This document shows, in pieces, positions 32,801-43,700 of a stretch of 59,014 nt of DNA (position 1 is its first letter; every line of letters begins with the position of its first letter). Under the pieces are notes generated by a model. It did no database searches. It was not told the origin of the DNA and saw only the letters and a list, made by a program, of their open reading frames with translations. Position numbers and translations under genes: made by a program. Source of the DNA: Amoebophrya sp. A120 (Eukaryota; Protista; Dinoflagellata); contig CAJINV010000004.1 of the NCBI GenBank assembly GCA_905178155.1, positions 1,458,467-1,517,480 of the forward strand, read 5' to 3'.

Positions 32801-34433
32801 CTGGGCAGGTTCGTCATCAGTAGCGCCAACCCCGACATCACCCCGGACGCGAACCCCGAGCATTTCTTGCTACCCCGTCGGCCATCTCGCCTGCCCTCCG
32901 TGTATGAGGCGTTTGTGGATGCGTGTGCGGACGCGCGCATAGCTACGAGCGACTTTGGGGAATTTTCGCAGCCGGACTCGCGCCGGATTTGGTACGTCTC
33001 GACACGCTCGTGGTACATCGACGCAACAATGCGGCACTGGTTCTACCCGACTTGGCGCACTGCTAGAGCCGCAAAGCCGGAAGTAGAGTGCGCTTTCGCA
33101 AATCTGTTGAAGCGCTTCGACGTGTCCCAGCAGGAGTACGAGCGGTACTACGAGCATCGCCCGCCGGTCAACAACAGGCGCGCCGCGGGTCAGCCGACGC
33201 GAAGCGTCCAGCGACTTCGGGCGAAACAGGTGGAGCTCAGCACTGACACAACGGCGCGACAGGAGGAGAAGATTATTGCGGACTCGGGCGGGATATACGG
33301 GCCTGCCCCTGGTGAGGGCGGGGTGTTGCGATGCAGAGCCTGCGACGTGAACCTTGGTGGGAGCCTCCGAGCACTGCGGGCGCACTTGAACTTGCACAAA
33401 GCGGATGACTTCGCGCGTCTCGTGTCGGAGCCAGGAGATTACTGCGTTCCGGTCGAAGAATTTTTGCATGGTAAGTCCGGCAATTGTATTATACCACCGA
33501 AGTACACGAATAAGATGAAGCACGTTCTTCCACCGGAACGCTTCCTGCCTGACAACGAGGCGAGCAAGTTCAAGGTGACGCGGATCCGATGCCCGGTATG
33601 CGCCAGCCACGAGGTCCCGTGGCCACGGAAGTACCAGCGAAAAATCGGGGCGAAGACGAGGATGCTGAACCACGAAAAGCAGTGCAAGAAGAAAAGGGCG
33701 CTGCAACTCGACAAAGAAACAGATCGAGATGCTGCTGACGCTGCTAGCTCTTCTGGAAGCGAAAACGAAGATGAACTGGCCGACGGAGTTGAGGACGAAG
33801 AATGATCGCGAAATGAGCACGAGGAAAATAAGTTTTTGATCGTAGACGGATTCGCAAGTCGTAGCATGTCGTGCTGTGCCCTGACTAAGACATGCTCTAA
33901 ACGTTGAACTTGAACCAGGTCCCAACCCATTGCACGCTCCCCCCCCAGTGCAGTTAGATGATGATGATGATGATGATTTCCAGCAACTTGTATGGCCGTA
34001 TGTCCATGTCGTACTGACGGCTGATCTAGATCTAGTAGCTTTTCGGCTAAAGCTGAGCAAATGCATCTGCAATATGCGAAATTCTTTCAGTTTTGCACCA
34101 CTGCGCTGTGCGACAGCAAGCTGTTTAGCAGTTTGGCGTGGAGTTTGAAGACAGTTTCGATTTTGATAAAGCAAGAAGGAGAAGTCGGAGGGGCACGCGA
34201 AGGCGGAGCGCAAGACGGGACAGGGGGAAAAGAAGGCGACGGAGGAGAAGAAGAAAGCGAGCGAGGCAAAGGCGAAAAGTGCGTCCTCTGGTCGTGTCGC
34301 CGCGGCCCAAGATGGCACCGGAGGTGGACCGAATCCTGACAAGGATGTCGGCACCGAGGAGGCTTCTCTGGGTGGTTACGAATCTTCGCACACCCAAGAC
34401 CAGCATGCCCAACCGAAGCAAGCTCTAGCATGA
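26845..34433 (+). CDS. Small hypothetical protein (possible signal-like N-terminus, Lys/Glu-rich), exons about 26845-27028 and 34174-34433, intron carrying the LINE
   Basis: MKKFAKIGAAGSGLLPLAG...DSSKGK|KKEKSEGHAK...QALA* joins in frame across a TAT...ATA intron with degenerate TIRs (27029-34168). Confidence 0.6.
27161..33977 (+). mobile_element. Full-length non-LTR retrotransposon (APE-type LINE)
   Basis: 5' tandem GAGAGTGCGTACT repeats, intact ORF, 3' (GAT)7 tail, possible short TTC/TTTC TSD. Confidence 0.85.
27359..33805 (+). CDS. LINE polyprotein: ORF1-like (OB/cold-shock-like fold, coiled coil), APE endonuclease, reverse transcriptase, C-terminal zinc fingers
   Basis: APE: TQNVR, LSETRW, SAYAP, AGDLN, SEVD, LDH. 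RT: NYRGIS, NFGF, FLDLRKAF, GLQEGCPSSP, KFADD, KFLGV. ZnF: CRAC-x12-HLNLH, CPVC...H...C. Confidence 0.93.
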   Translation: MAVDSDVTMQESAMANATASSSTTFPAFGGADENNSYTGRKQVYSATLDSSDVEPAGLNCLLPGGYVLGQILNLGRDPKTKAVTNGFFWVQPLRATRIGEWRSERTERGWFKGIYSTIGSVKYGQRPSELQPGAHVKFVIDTYKRRNPLTGEQHWSWIARDVQLVTETGQPLTFAEPTPAPWRNAQALQEGGTFPALGANPGRDNMLTRDEVRVLIDEALAARDEEFEQMKAKVEDQGAKIDAATSGIEAARDHFSTLQGQCDTEFATLREDMLTTREELQRRVGACENHIEGFKVEVNAQLQAMMQSIQTGMSQVINVCNALRNPSLEPARPPPTNVEVVTEQKSQNNEVANHDIVLDPSLVRVAGRKAYKTSLSSTGSTYAANMTNTYGNGAKYFPIHAHHDLHDSSKITDIAVREERRYAGHEGSGGRTGGSPGLGSDGSPATTRSTAAGTEAGKRASSGSGHRSPRFKAAAGRRCGQEHGGFAREADGAGAGIGSGGCRSIDGCWRYGDGVPLGGVVVDFLIVLFCLITWSWVTTFHLLAPLIQLLTLPSVYDFARHLFYHRKLLYNVLSDIYSFGTEAVKICARSSTCTSPVVFSRAVFFQPGITDPDRRSRNCIPKGVVFFQHGAETKGSSTCADGFAGFLLRTGAACCIVAALELKIKMSYFVGIANTSLKHCGRFLTNVWKKCSTLFRSSLGKAKKKCLRKNKLFEIRRANRSSCVRHAVKVVVGLASEGIAMQPSSSGGGFRVSKYSLRLTSGRASRPADYAAEIRPSYAETVLASRQARQARKAAAGSAADADAGTEARAGPTPQDNKKKVNSGKTCDYSRFAHKPCADYNVFNVGQAGDCDSIEITTQNVREAVIGVDARDRILQNAPERFGVIALSETRWGKSGCGLVGVKRLNGEIMREVGAANDGADSCPDHPPPCFAATKDYVTRGRGYIACLGPGAGIAVRGGPVLDELTRLTDEDLAEKFEVRERTCTGFFRNFTLFSAYAPANADPADVSAYLRDLGRYVRRTLRRKGRRDLPFFIAGDLNCHVGAEVSGFAVGEHACTTKATSPKGHALLRFLSKNNLRLVDSFFEIGDNGDDRFTFFRGEQRSEVDGFITAGRFLGRVQKIERCEVLRDETTLREDGTTALDHYGKTITLAVPRVDVEHGATGQTRKGQKWVGVVPITPEIRTFFSDQVLSTLRSQTAASQSPADGSEEAPTDPDGDAPSGLQKFLEAMSESEAVLMETGQERALRIRADKKEQKRIREECAPAAAAAPAGCPSKLRALWAHIGGCKKQRGPSTAPGGWADFYLTQVVAKAHPHCSFDATEYVDPLPPSCVQDLDRPIDLAEWRKALKEVRPGNDSQSWSKQVFDALDDTCTQIFLDELNCELAAGWGLQRVDRKYRRARITLQHKSGDRTKLTNYRGISAVPTVTKVLAHCLTKRLQAVIVKHGLIDPENFGFVPGRNASDALVLFRRMLEDARDFQSHEQYAVPWGLFLDLRKAFPSLSWECVTSVSDRLGISQTRTWAGLSACHRDVWCQEAREQEDFILPIGLQEGCPSSPCMFTLTYAVVSESMRRARAVIPPEQKNLDNAGLLLRYPTDSSYAATEKEKLENLLRASQASKRGERRVGSGKFADDTNLVGESLGGQPNADVIQATLDVLASAQMEENLSKREMGPLAEQICKFLGVYLCDSRDMQQRINRGWRAYYGAQRLLVGFGRLSAKQRRAILVSLVRGTMLYGANGRNFSSSELATLQKEESAILRRVFNTCRPQMEAENLSHHTLRRHLELAPISAEIAFARLAHGGHLLRRDPSFLPRQAFLGRFVISSANPDITPDANPEHFLLPRRPSRLPSVYEAFVDACADARIATSDFGEFSQPDSRRIWYVSTRSWYIDATMRHWFYPTWRTARAAKPEVECAFANLLKRFDVSQQEYERYYEHRPPVNNRRAAGQPTRSVQRLRAKQVELSTDTTARQEEKIIADSGGIYGPAPGEGGVLRCRACDVNLGGSLRALRAHLNLHKADDFARLVSEPGDYCVPVEEFLHGKSGNCIIPPKYTNKMKHVLPPERFLPDNEASKFKVTRIRCPVCASHEVPWPRKYQRKIGAKTRMLNHEKQCKKKRALQLDKETDRDAADAASSSGSENEDELADGVEDEE

Positions 34434-34778
34434 AAACGTTTTTCTTTTAGAAAAATCATGGAATAAGTAGATGAAGGCACGCAACTGTTTACAACAAGTA
34501 TTAAGAAAGAAGTTGTTACTTCTTCTACAAAAGGTCAACAATCCACCAAATCAAATGCCGCAGACAACAAGTTGTCGTGTTGCGTCTTCTGTTATTTGTA
34601 AAGGTTGATTAGTTTATCTCTATGATGATGGTGAAGCCGATCAATTTATTATTCGCCCGAGACGCGAATTATCTCGTTTTCGTTTTCCTAGTCAAATTTC
34701 GCCTTTATAGGAAATCAAGTAGGTTCTGGTTTTCGAGTTTTCGTAACGTACTGACAAGCTGCAAACTGCAGAGCACGC

Positions 34779-34900
34779 GCGAGCTGACGGACTGCGCAGC
34801 TGCGCGAGCTGACGGACCGCGAACTGCGCAGCTGCGCGAACTGACGGACTGCGAACTGCGCAGCTGCGCGACCTGACGGACTGCGCAGCTGCGCGAACTG
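34779..34900. repeat. GC-rich minisatellite
   Basis: Variants of GCGAGCTGACGGACTGCGCAGCTGC, about 4-5 times. Confidence 0.75.
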
Positions 34901-35112
34901 CTTCCGCGCTCGCGGGGCACTGCGTAAATAAAACCAAGGCGCGGCGCTGCGCTTTTTTCGTGTTCGGGAGTCATCGCCGAAGTGGCTGCCCGCGGTGGGG
35001 CGCTGGTGGACTGCGCGAACTGCCTGCGCATTTGCTTAGGCAGCCTGTGCCGATTGGAATAGCTAGGGGAAAAAAGAAGGCGGGGGGCGGTAGGGCGGCG
35101 GCCCATTGGATA

Positions 35113-35360
35113 GCATGAGCGCGCAAAATGCAAAGCCGGACAACCTAAGCCATGGCAATGCTTTTCAATCTTGCCAAATTTCGGCAATTTCTTTTGCCGA
35201 AATTCGCCAAAACTTCGGCAAAGAGTTGGCTCTCGGCGAAGTTTTTATTTGCAAAACCAGGCAGACACTGAACTAAAGCAAAATTTTTTTTTTTTAAGTT
35301 GGCGCTTTGCGCTTCATGGCCTAGGTTGCCCGGTTTTCGTTGTATTTTGCGCGTTCGCAT
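35113..35360. repeat. Imperfect inverted repeat of about 45 bp (MITE-like)
   Basis: GCGCGCAAAATGCAAAGCCGGACAACCTAAGCCATG vs CATGGCCTAGGTTGCCCGG...TGTATTTTGCGCG. Confidence 0.55.
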
Positions 35361-35762
35361 TGAATAAACACTAAAACGCAAGAAAATGGGGGGGGGAGGG
35401 GGGAAAAGCGGGGCAACACATAGCCTGGGCGCCCCGCGCTCTTTTGCTCGACCTCCTTTCCTTCTCCGTTTCTTTCGGAGTGAAATCGGCCTAGTAACTG
35501 GGTGGCTTCTGAAACGCGCGCAAAACATCCACTACCATGGCCATCGGAGGCCAGGCAGTGGTCCGGAGAGAGTGGCGCTGTCGAAGTGTTTCTTTTGGTC
35601 ACAAAGCTCACACCAAGGAACACAAAAAGAAGCACAAATTGGACAAGTTCCCAGCTGCAAGCTGCCAAAAAAGGCCTCAGCTGGCGGCCAGTGCGCCCCC
35701 CTTCTTACCTTCTTCTCTCTCCGTTGTCCAGTTCGATCACCCCCATACACAAAGACTCTCCG

Positions 35763-35903
35763 TTTCTCGCCAGTTCGAACCCCTCCAAGAGGAAGAAACT
35801 TACTTTTCTCGCCAGTTCGAACCCCTCCAAGGGGAAGAAGCTTACTTTTCTCGCCAGTTCGAACCCCCCCAAGAGGAAGAAGCTTACTTCTCTCGTCAGT
35901 TCG
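35763..35903. repeat. 42-bp tandem repeat, about 3.3 copies
   Basis: TTTCTCGCCAGTTCGAACCCCTCCAAGAGGAAGAARCTTACT at 35763, 35805, 35847. Confidence 0.9.
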
Positions 35904-36993
35904 TTCTCTCTTTATTCATCTTCTCTGTTTTCAGTTCGTTGGTCGTTTACTAAAGTTGTAAAACTCGAAAACTAGAACCACTAGAAATCATCCCTGTCGT
36001 GCATGGGATGTAGGTACTGTGGTTACAACAAACAGCTCCAGATTCCAGAAATGCTACGGCGCAGTTGATGTCGTGGAAAAAACTTGACGCAGAACAAGAC
36101 CGGTTGTAAGTAAGTATTTGTTTGGGTGTTATTTTTTCTTGACTTGTGGCAGTATTACGATTACGTATCTTCAGTTTCAGTGGTTCGTGTGCTGGACGCA
36201 CAGATTTTTCATTATGCAATTTTAGTTTTTATTTTTGTTTCTGGCCGCGGTCGAAGGGCAACACATTAGAAAATGTACTACTTCGTTGTCATTTATTTCA
36301 CAGTGCCTCTTTAACATTTCACGTTATTCTCATTCTTAGCTACCCGTTCTTTCGTCTTACTGCATTCTCGATGATACCTGTACGATGTTCTTGGGAAAAT
36401 AAATCAAATCTATTATGCAACGCACGTAACGTCCATTTCGAAGAACCATGCACAACGGTCGTATCCCGCCTGAATTTTTTGTTGTTGCATGACCCGGGGA
36501 AAAAAAGCAAAATGGATGTCGAGGTCTCCACCAAAACGACAACGAATTGGACCAGTGGAAATGCTTTTGGATTGATCGTGTGCCAGCTCTGCCAGGGAAG
36601 GAGGGCACTATAGATATAAGTAGCTTTGCTTGCCTCTGAGACCTTACAATATATCATGAGAGTAAAAGAGATTGAAGATTAACATACACGTGAGGTGCAT
36701 TTTCAGTTTGGATCAGCCAGCCAGTCATGGCACCAATTCAAGAGAGACCGAGTTGTGGACGACGGAGTGATTATGGGACGACGCGTTTTTGTTTTTCATG
36801 AGGAGTTTAGGTTGGTTCACCATCACCACCGCGACGAAAAGAGCGGAGAGATATGAAAATTATCCCAAAGAAGTGATGAACTTCATACAAGAGCATCATC
36901 ACAAGTCACGATGTATTAAGTACCGTATCGCCCGCCGACCGGCCGTGGAATTGATTCATACGATAGTTTTTCTGTGCACAAGTACAAGACGCC

Positions 36994-39394
36994 ATGTCGT
37001 CCTCCCTCACCTCCTGCTTCCCCTGGGGCAGCAAGCGGCGGCGCGACCCGAACAAAATGCAGCTGACGGTCGAACTTGCGAACAAGATCGAAAAGGCGTT
37101 CGACAAGGTGGATATTGACAAAAGCGGCGAGGTCGAGTATGACGAGGCGCTCCGGATGTTTTCGCGGTTCAAAATATGAGAGTGCACTTCAGTATCCCCC
37201 CCTCTTTCATTCGAAGAGCATGAGCAGCAAGAACACAAGCAATGGCACAAATGTGGCTTCCGCATGACAAATTTCGTGCACACGGATTGTAGTGCTTACC
37301 CTTAGTTGCTCCGAAATTTGTCATGCATACAGTGCTTAAGGTCAAGCATAAGCCCAATCTGTCTCTGTGAATCTGCTATTAATTTGCACGATAAATGAGG
37401 CGAGGGAGATCTTCATGTGCACCCTCATACAGTGGGTTGGCCGCCAACAAACTCCTGGAGGACATGGATCTCGACGGGGACAAAATCATCACCCGACAGG
37501 TATCAAGTGCAAATATGTCTGGATCTGGAAAGAATGGAATTTCTGATGCTGTCCGTGGATTCGAAAAAAATCTGTATTGCATGACCAGCAAGAGGAGTCT
37601 AGTTTGTGCTACGCGGGGAGGGCATTTGTCATGCGGTGTAGGCATCAGGAAGCCCCCTGAAAATCTGTGATGCTAGGTCGTGCATTACACGCATCACGGG
37701 CCATGCAAAAAATGCATGACAAACCAGGCAATCTTCCAGACCCAGACATATTTGCAGTTGATACCAGGAGTGGTTCCACTATTTCAAGCGCGTCCTGTGC
37801 TTCCAGAACCACAAGGGCGAGTTCCTCTACTCGGAAGGGGATTTATCAGAGTGTACAGCTCCCTCTCCCCCTCACTTGTAGTGCAAAATCGCAAATCCAG
37901 TTGCTGCCTGGTGGCGCTGTTTCCATTACAAATTCTGGAAGCCCAAACAGTACTACACTCAGCGCATGAACTTGTCATGCGCAGCATCTACATGTATAGG
38001 GTGTTTGTATTGCACTTCATGCTATAGCCATATTACAAATAAGGGGGAGAGGCGGGAGAGCTGTGCACTCTCATACGATTTGCACGACGAGCTGGACCTT
38101 TTTCTGGAAGGGGAGACCTGCGTGCCCTTCAGTTTTCAAGTCCCCCCCGTCGCCGGGCCGATTGCGACCGTGGTGCAGCACCAGCAGAGCAGCCCGACCG
38201 GAAACTCCTTGCTCACTCGGGGAAGTGTATCGTGCCGGAAATTGCTAGCAGACCCTCATGAAATACATTGATTTCTGTAGAAAATGAAGACTAGTAACTC
38301 GTAAGTACTTCGTTCTTGATAGGGTTGTGGCGCCAACAAGACTTCTTGCTCAACAGCAGGCATGCGAAAGACCGAGCTCCTGAGCCCGGCGGTTTGTTTC
38401 TGCATGATGCATGTTAGACATGTCAGCTTTTTTCACCACGATACTACGCTCGCAGCCTGAAGATGAACGAAGACGACTTGGTGCCGGTCCAATGCAGCCG
38501 CAGTCGTGAGGAAGACAAAACTACAACAAGTGCTGCAGTAGAAATAAAGCCAGCTAACCTGCTTCAATCGGGGCCGTCGGACAACAATAAAGCCACGCAG
38601 GGAAGCACTAGTATTTCGAACAAAACCACAACTTCCAATAAGAACACGACGGAAGAAATCACCGCGAACGCCACAGGAAAAATAAACGCGGAAAACAAGG
38701 GTCACGACAGCACGACGCATTCAACAAATGGGGATCATGAGAAAGAAAAGAAGGGCTCTAGTAGCACTTTCGACGGGGTAGAAACGACCTGCAACAACGA
38801 CCCAACACTGCTTTCCGACAACGACGATATGGAGGAGCGCAGCGGCAACAAGATCGTTACCTTGCTGCACAGCATCTTGCCGTCGGCCGCAAACTTCAAT
38901 GCGGGGACAACTACCGGAACCATTTTGGGCAGCGCGTTGGGAGGGGGAGTCGCAGCGGCGGCGAGTAGTAGCCGGAGTTCGCGAACTTCGAAGGACAAGT
39001 TGAACGGGAGTGGCGGCCTCGTATCCTGAGCAAAAACGTCCTCACCCCATAGTCAAGTTGGTACATCTGCAACACAAATCGCCAAGCTTTGGGAGGTGTG
39101 CATGACAAGTTTCCGTCTGTCGTATAGTGGCGCTTAGCAAGGCAGGCCGCATGAGAAAGCCAGTTTCTCATCCTATTCACAGCATAACAAATGCTACATC
39201 ACGATTGGAAATGCTTCTCATGGAGATGCGCATTACAAATGTTCCTGTCATTGCGCATTTGCATTACAACTCTGGGGTGGGGACGTTTTTGCTGAGGATA
39301 CCTCGGCGGGAGTAACCAGCAAAATCACGTCGTGCAAAACGACGAGTTATTCGTGCTGGAGCAACAACGCCAGTGTATGAAGAAGGTGATGTGA
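36994..39394 (+). CDS. EF-hand calcium-binding protein with low-complexity tail, 5 introners
   Basis: EF loops DIDKSGEVEYDE and DLDGDKIITRQE; frame continuous after removing the elements; stop at 39394. Confidence 0.82.
37175..37429. mobile_element. Introner family H (old)
   Basis: TATGAGAGTGCAC...GTGCACCCTCATA; 5-nt flanks diverged (CAAAA/CAGTG). Confidence 0.78.
37501..37763. mobile_element. Introner family A, inside EF-hand 2
   Basis: TSD ACAGG/CCAGG. Confidence 0.9.
37844..38075. mobile_element. Introner family H
   Basis: TSD GGATT/CGATT. Confidence 0.87.
38228..38443. mobile_element. Degenerate introner
   Basis: TATCGTG...CACGATA; flanks diverged but element+5 joins to ORF 38463 in frame. 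Confidence 0.7.
39022..39300. mobile_element. Introner family B
   Basis: TSD CCTCG/CCTCG. Confidence 0.92.
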
Positions 39395-40785
39395 CGAGAA
39401 GCTTCGTCATAGATAAATAGAGTTCATTATCATTTTTAGCGCAGCATTTACAGTGGGTTCTTTGCGGTGGTGATTGTCCTCAGTGAACAAGGGCAGTACA
39501 ACATAAAACTTTTTCAAACCTTGCCTTATTAGCCTAGCAACGTCTACCTAGAATGGAGCTGGAACTACACGAGTAGGAAATGCGCAGCCATCAAGATGAT
39601 TTATTTTTGCATATGCGGAGTAGTGGCGGAAAGAACTGCACAAAGCCGCAAGCAGACAGAGTAAGTGGCAGAGTGAAGTAGAAATAAGTTGGAGATTGAA
39701 CAATTCAAGTAAAACGATCTTTTTCGGCAAAACTGATTGTCAGGCTCTGGTTGTCTCTGACCAGTGACAGTGAGCATATCTACTACTTGCACAGGGTCTT
39801 GTCCTCGTTCTTCATCTTTGATCGTGGATCATTATCCTCCACCTCGTCGTAACGGCAGGTCAGGCTGGAACAAACCGAGCATGCCAGCAGCTCTGCTGCG
39901 CCTACAATCCCGGTGGGTGGGCGCCTCTGTGTAAGTAGTTGCGTGACTTGATGTACGTCGGCTAGTGGTTTCTCTTCCTGAAGATTCAGAATGTCTTTTC
40001 TCTTTGAGGTGGGACATGAGGGAACGAGTTTATCGCTCTACACAACCAGCACTAGTGGTGCCGATTATGAAAACAAACAGGAGTGGTCGTGGTGTCCAGT
40101 GCGTCTGCTCGAGTGCAGGAGAGCAGGTTGTGATTTCTGTTTGGAGTTGTTGGGTTTTTGTCTCTGCGGCCACTGCCACGGGGGAGAGTTGTAGCTGCCT
40201 GGAAGGTCGTGCATAGATCCTTCTGCTTACGAAGAACGACGAGAAGAGAAGGCTGATGTAACTACTCTTGTGAAAAGAATCTGCTCTACTAGATAAGCCT
40301 GGATTTTTTATCAGCCGAGTGATGTGGTCGCTGGTGGTGTAAAAACAGGTAGTATGAATGATTCTTACTAGGGTTTTTACTTCGCTTCCTTTCGCACGCG
40401 TTTCCTTAATACCCATTCTGAATCTACTCAGCGACGTCGAAGCTCAGGGATAGAGCGCTAGGAACGTTGTATCTACTTATCAGGGCAGCACGTCTCCGGT
40501 GCTCCTTGGCTGCACGACTAAGATGAAATCAAGCTGAGTGCCACTACTTCTCTAACGGTGTAGTAGAATTTTGAGTTGCGCCCGCACCGACCATGAGTCT
40601 GGTGGTTTTCATCATGCTGTGGATATGAAAGAAAATAGACCTCCTGCTCCCGGAACCGGATCCTGAAGTAGGACGGCCTTCATCTTCATCTGCTCTACTT
40701 CGTGAAGACAGACTGTTTTCGTCACGGTCAAGGACGATTTCATCCTCGCCGCGTGGTACTTCTTCACCATCAAAAGCCCACGACC

Positions 40786-43700
40786 ATGCTTAAGAAGATG
40801 CACAATATCTTCCGCCTCCCCTTCCTCGCCCTGCTCCTGCCCCATGCGGTCCAGGCGGGTAACCCGGCCCTGGCTCTGGTAGACCATGCCAACCAGGTGT
40901 TGATGCTGGTGATCGTCTATCCAGTGCAAATCTGTCTGGGTCTGGACGGATGCAACTTGTGATGCTATCTTTGGATTCGAAAAAAATCTGTATTGCATGA
41001 CAGGCGAGACGAGGAGTCCAGGGTGTGCTACGTAGAGGGGGCATTTTTCATGCGTAAAGGGCATCAGAAAGCCCTTTAAAAATCTGTGATACTAGGTCAT
41101 GCATTACAGGCGTCATGGGTCGTGCCAAATATGCATGACAAGCCTGGCAATCTTCCAGACCCAGACATATTTGCAATGCATATCGTCGTGCTGCTGGGAA
41201 TCTTGGCGTTCAAATACAAGGACCGCGTCATTTGTGCAAGGAAAAAACTGTGTTAGTGATAGTTACTGTAAATCTGTAATGCAAAAAATGCACACCAGAG
41301 TTCTGAGTTCAGTTGACACGTGTTATTATCATGCCCGATAGATACCAGTAGAACTAGAAGTGATGAGCGGAGACTACGTGTGCTGATAGAGCATGCATCT
41401 TGTTTTGCTTTTATGCAAAGCGCGTTGGAATAAATGGAATTTGTGATGCTGCTGATCATTAAAATTAAAAGGAAAAACCAGTTACACCAACACAATTTTT
41501 TCCTGGATACTCGTTTTCTTTTCACGGGCGACGACCGGCTCCACGGAAACACGCTGGACGGCATCTGGTGGGGCTGCGCCCGCTGCTTCGGCGCCTGCGA
41601 CGGCACGTGGTCGTATTGTGAGGAAAAATCCCCCCTCCCCACATATTGAAAGCGCACGCTTCTAAAAATTTGTGATGCAGATGTGTGACCACACCCTCTG
41701 TGTTGCAAGAAGGCGAACCCAGAGAGTCCGCCGCATTATGCAGGCTGTTTGTGAGGCTGTTGGGCTTACAGCCTAGACGTTTGGCATGCTAGGCAACTAC
41801 GTCAAAACCTCTCGAGTCAGGCTTGGCATATGGTGCCTGCAGTCCTCTACTGCAAGACGATCTGACTTGTGTACGGAAATCCAGCATCAGCAACTTCGTT
41901 TCGATATGGGGAGGGGGGATTTTTCCTGTTGATAGGTCGATCCACGTGTTCGGCTTCAACGTGAAAAAGAAAATCGGCCAGTCCCTCGGCCTGGTCTCCA
42001 TCCCGCTGAAGATCAGCAATATCCGGGCGGGGGATCTCCCCTTCAAGGGCGGCGCGACGGGCGATTTTTACCTGATGTGCGAGTGCGGGTCCCACCCACC
42101 CATGATCACCTCGGTGCAGGAAAACGCCAGCCCGAAGGTGATATCAAGTGTAAAAGTGTCTGGCTCTGGAAGAGTTGGAACTTGCCATGCGGATTCTGGA
42201 ATGGGCAAAAATTTATATTGCATAAGCACCAAAAGCTTCTTGCTACGCAAACAGGGAATTTCTCATGCGGAATAGACATCAGGAGGCCTGCGCAAAATCT
42301 GTAAATGCTTTTGCGTGCATTAGAGACCAGTTGCGTGATCCAGAAGATGCATGACAAACTCCTGCAATCTTCGAGACCCAGACACTTTTGCATTTGATAG
42401 GTGATCACGTTTCCGGAGGAGCTGGTGCTGCGAATTCGGGACAGCCAGATGGAGGACAAGGTGCGGTTTGTGGTGAAGGAGGAAAATTTCTTCGGCTCGG
42501 ATATGACTTGTTCAAGCGTTACAATCTCAAACGTTACAATAGAATCTGGAATTTGTGTTGCATGGTGAGTATGACAGACTCGCAGACCGTTCCACTTTCT
42601 GCAATACAAATTTCGCCAGATTGTAGGGCGGTTTGGGGCTCCGGAACTTGTGATGCGCAATCCTATGCGAGTTGACTAGAAGATCATGCACTCTTGCATC
42701 ACAGATTTCCATATTCTATTGTGACGTTTGAGATTGTAACACCTGAGCGGGTTATATCGGAAGAGGTCGCCGAACTGGTAATCTCCGCGTCGGATATCAA
42801 ATGGGAAAAAAACCACGCCTTGTTGCAACATTGGTTCTTTCCTACAAATAAATCCTCTTGTTTGCCATGGATACGGATAGATGGAGTCAGTCTAAAGAAC
42901 TTTGCGTCCTCGTGAAGGTGTGCACATGCAAGCGGGCCGTGTTTGTACTGCGTTCTTGCACTGCCACTGTCTACGTAAAACTTATTGGATAATAAAGCGC
43001 GCGCAACATCATCAATCTGACCAGCGTTTAGCTTTATTGACTTTGCAGTTTTAGCATGTAGTACAACTTTGCCGTTGCTTGGTACACTGCCGGGGTTTAC
43101 AACGGTCGCAGGATTTATGTTGCAGCAAATCCCATCTTTTTTCCCCCGATACCGGATGTTTTCAATCTGATCTACGACCACGAGGCCAACCACCCCGGAA
43201 AGCCGATAATAAAACGGTTCAAGATGGAGCCTTCAGGTACTTACTTATTTATTTATAGATACGAGGTTGCATCCAGCCTCCACAAAAAAGATAGAAACTC
43301 CAATTCGTTTTCTTGATTTCTCATGCTATGAAAACAAAATTTCTAAAGATCGCAACAACGACTACGAAACGCCGGCTTGGCTGATTCTAGAGTTTTCGCA
43401 GGATTTCGATTCTGCACTCCGTATCGATCATGAAGAAGCTAGCGTAGGAGCGATTTTTTTTGCTACCACCCTATGCAGAAATGAAAATTTGTCGTATCCG
43501 CTTCCGCATGATCCCGCCGCGAAAAGGTCTCTCACGCGCTTACACAAGAGCCGCCTCCCGAGGGCCGGTCTACTCAGAGTGATGAAATTTTTGATTTTTG
43601 TGTGGATCCACTAAACATATAAACGCTTGTCGTGCTAGCTTTTTCCCACCGGATTTTGCGTAAAGTGTCCGAGGAGCCGGCGCACCGTGCAACTGTGACG

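Noticed and set aside
27110-34168. AAGCA/AAGCA as the TSD of the LINE-containing intron
   Set aside because: The upstream frame stops at 27105 before this site; the 27029 end pairs better with the right end and joins in frame. Not fully excluded.
32870-34354. 494-aa minus-strand ORF
   Set aside because: It crosses the LINE 3' end, tail and host exon; best explained as a GC-rich antisense shadow.
35763-35903. tRNA genes
   Set aside because: Only a T-loop-like motif in 42-bp units; no acceptor, D or anticodon arms.
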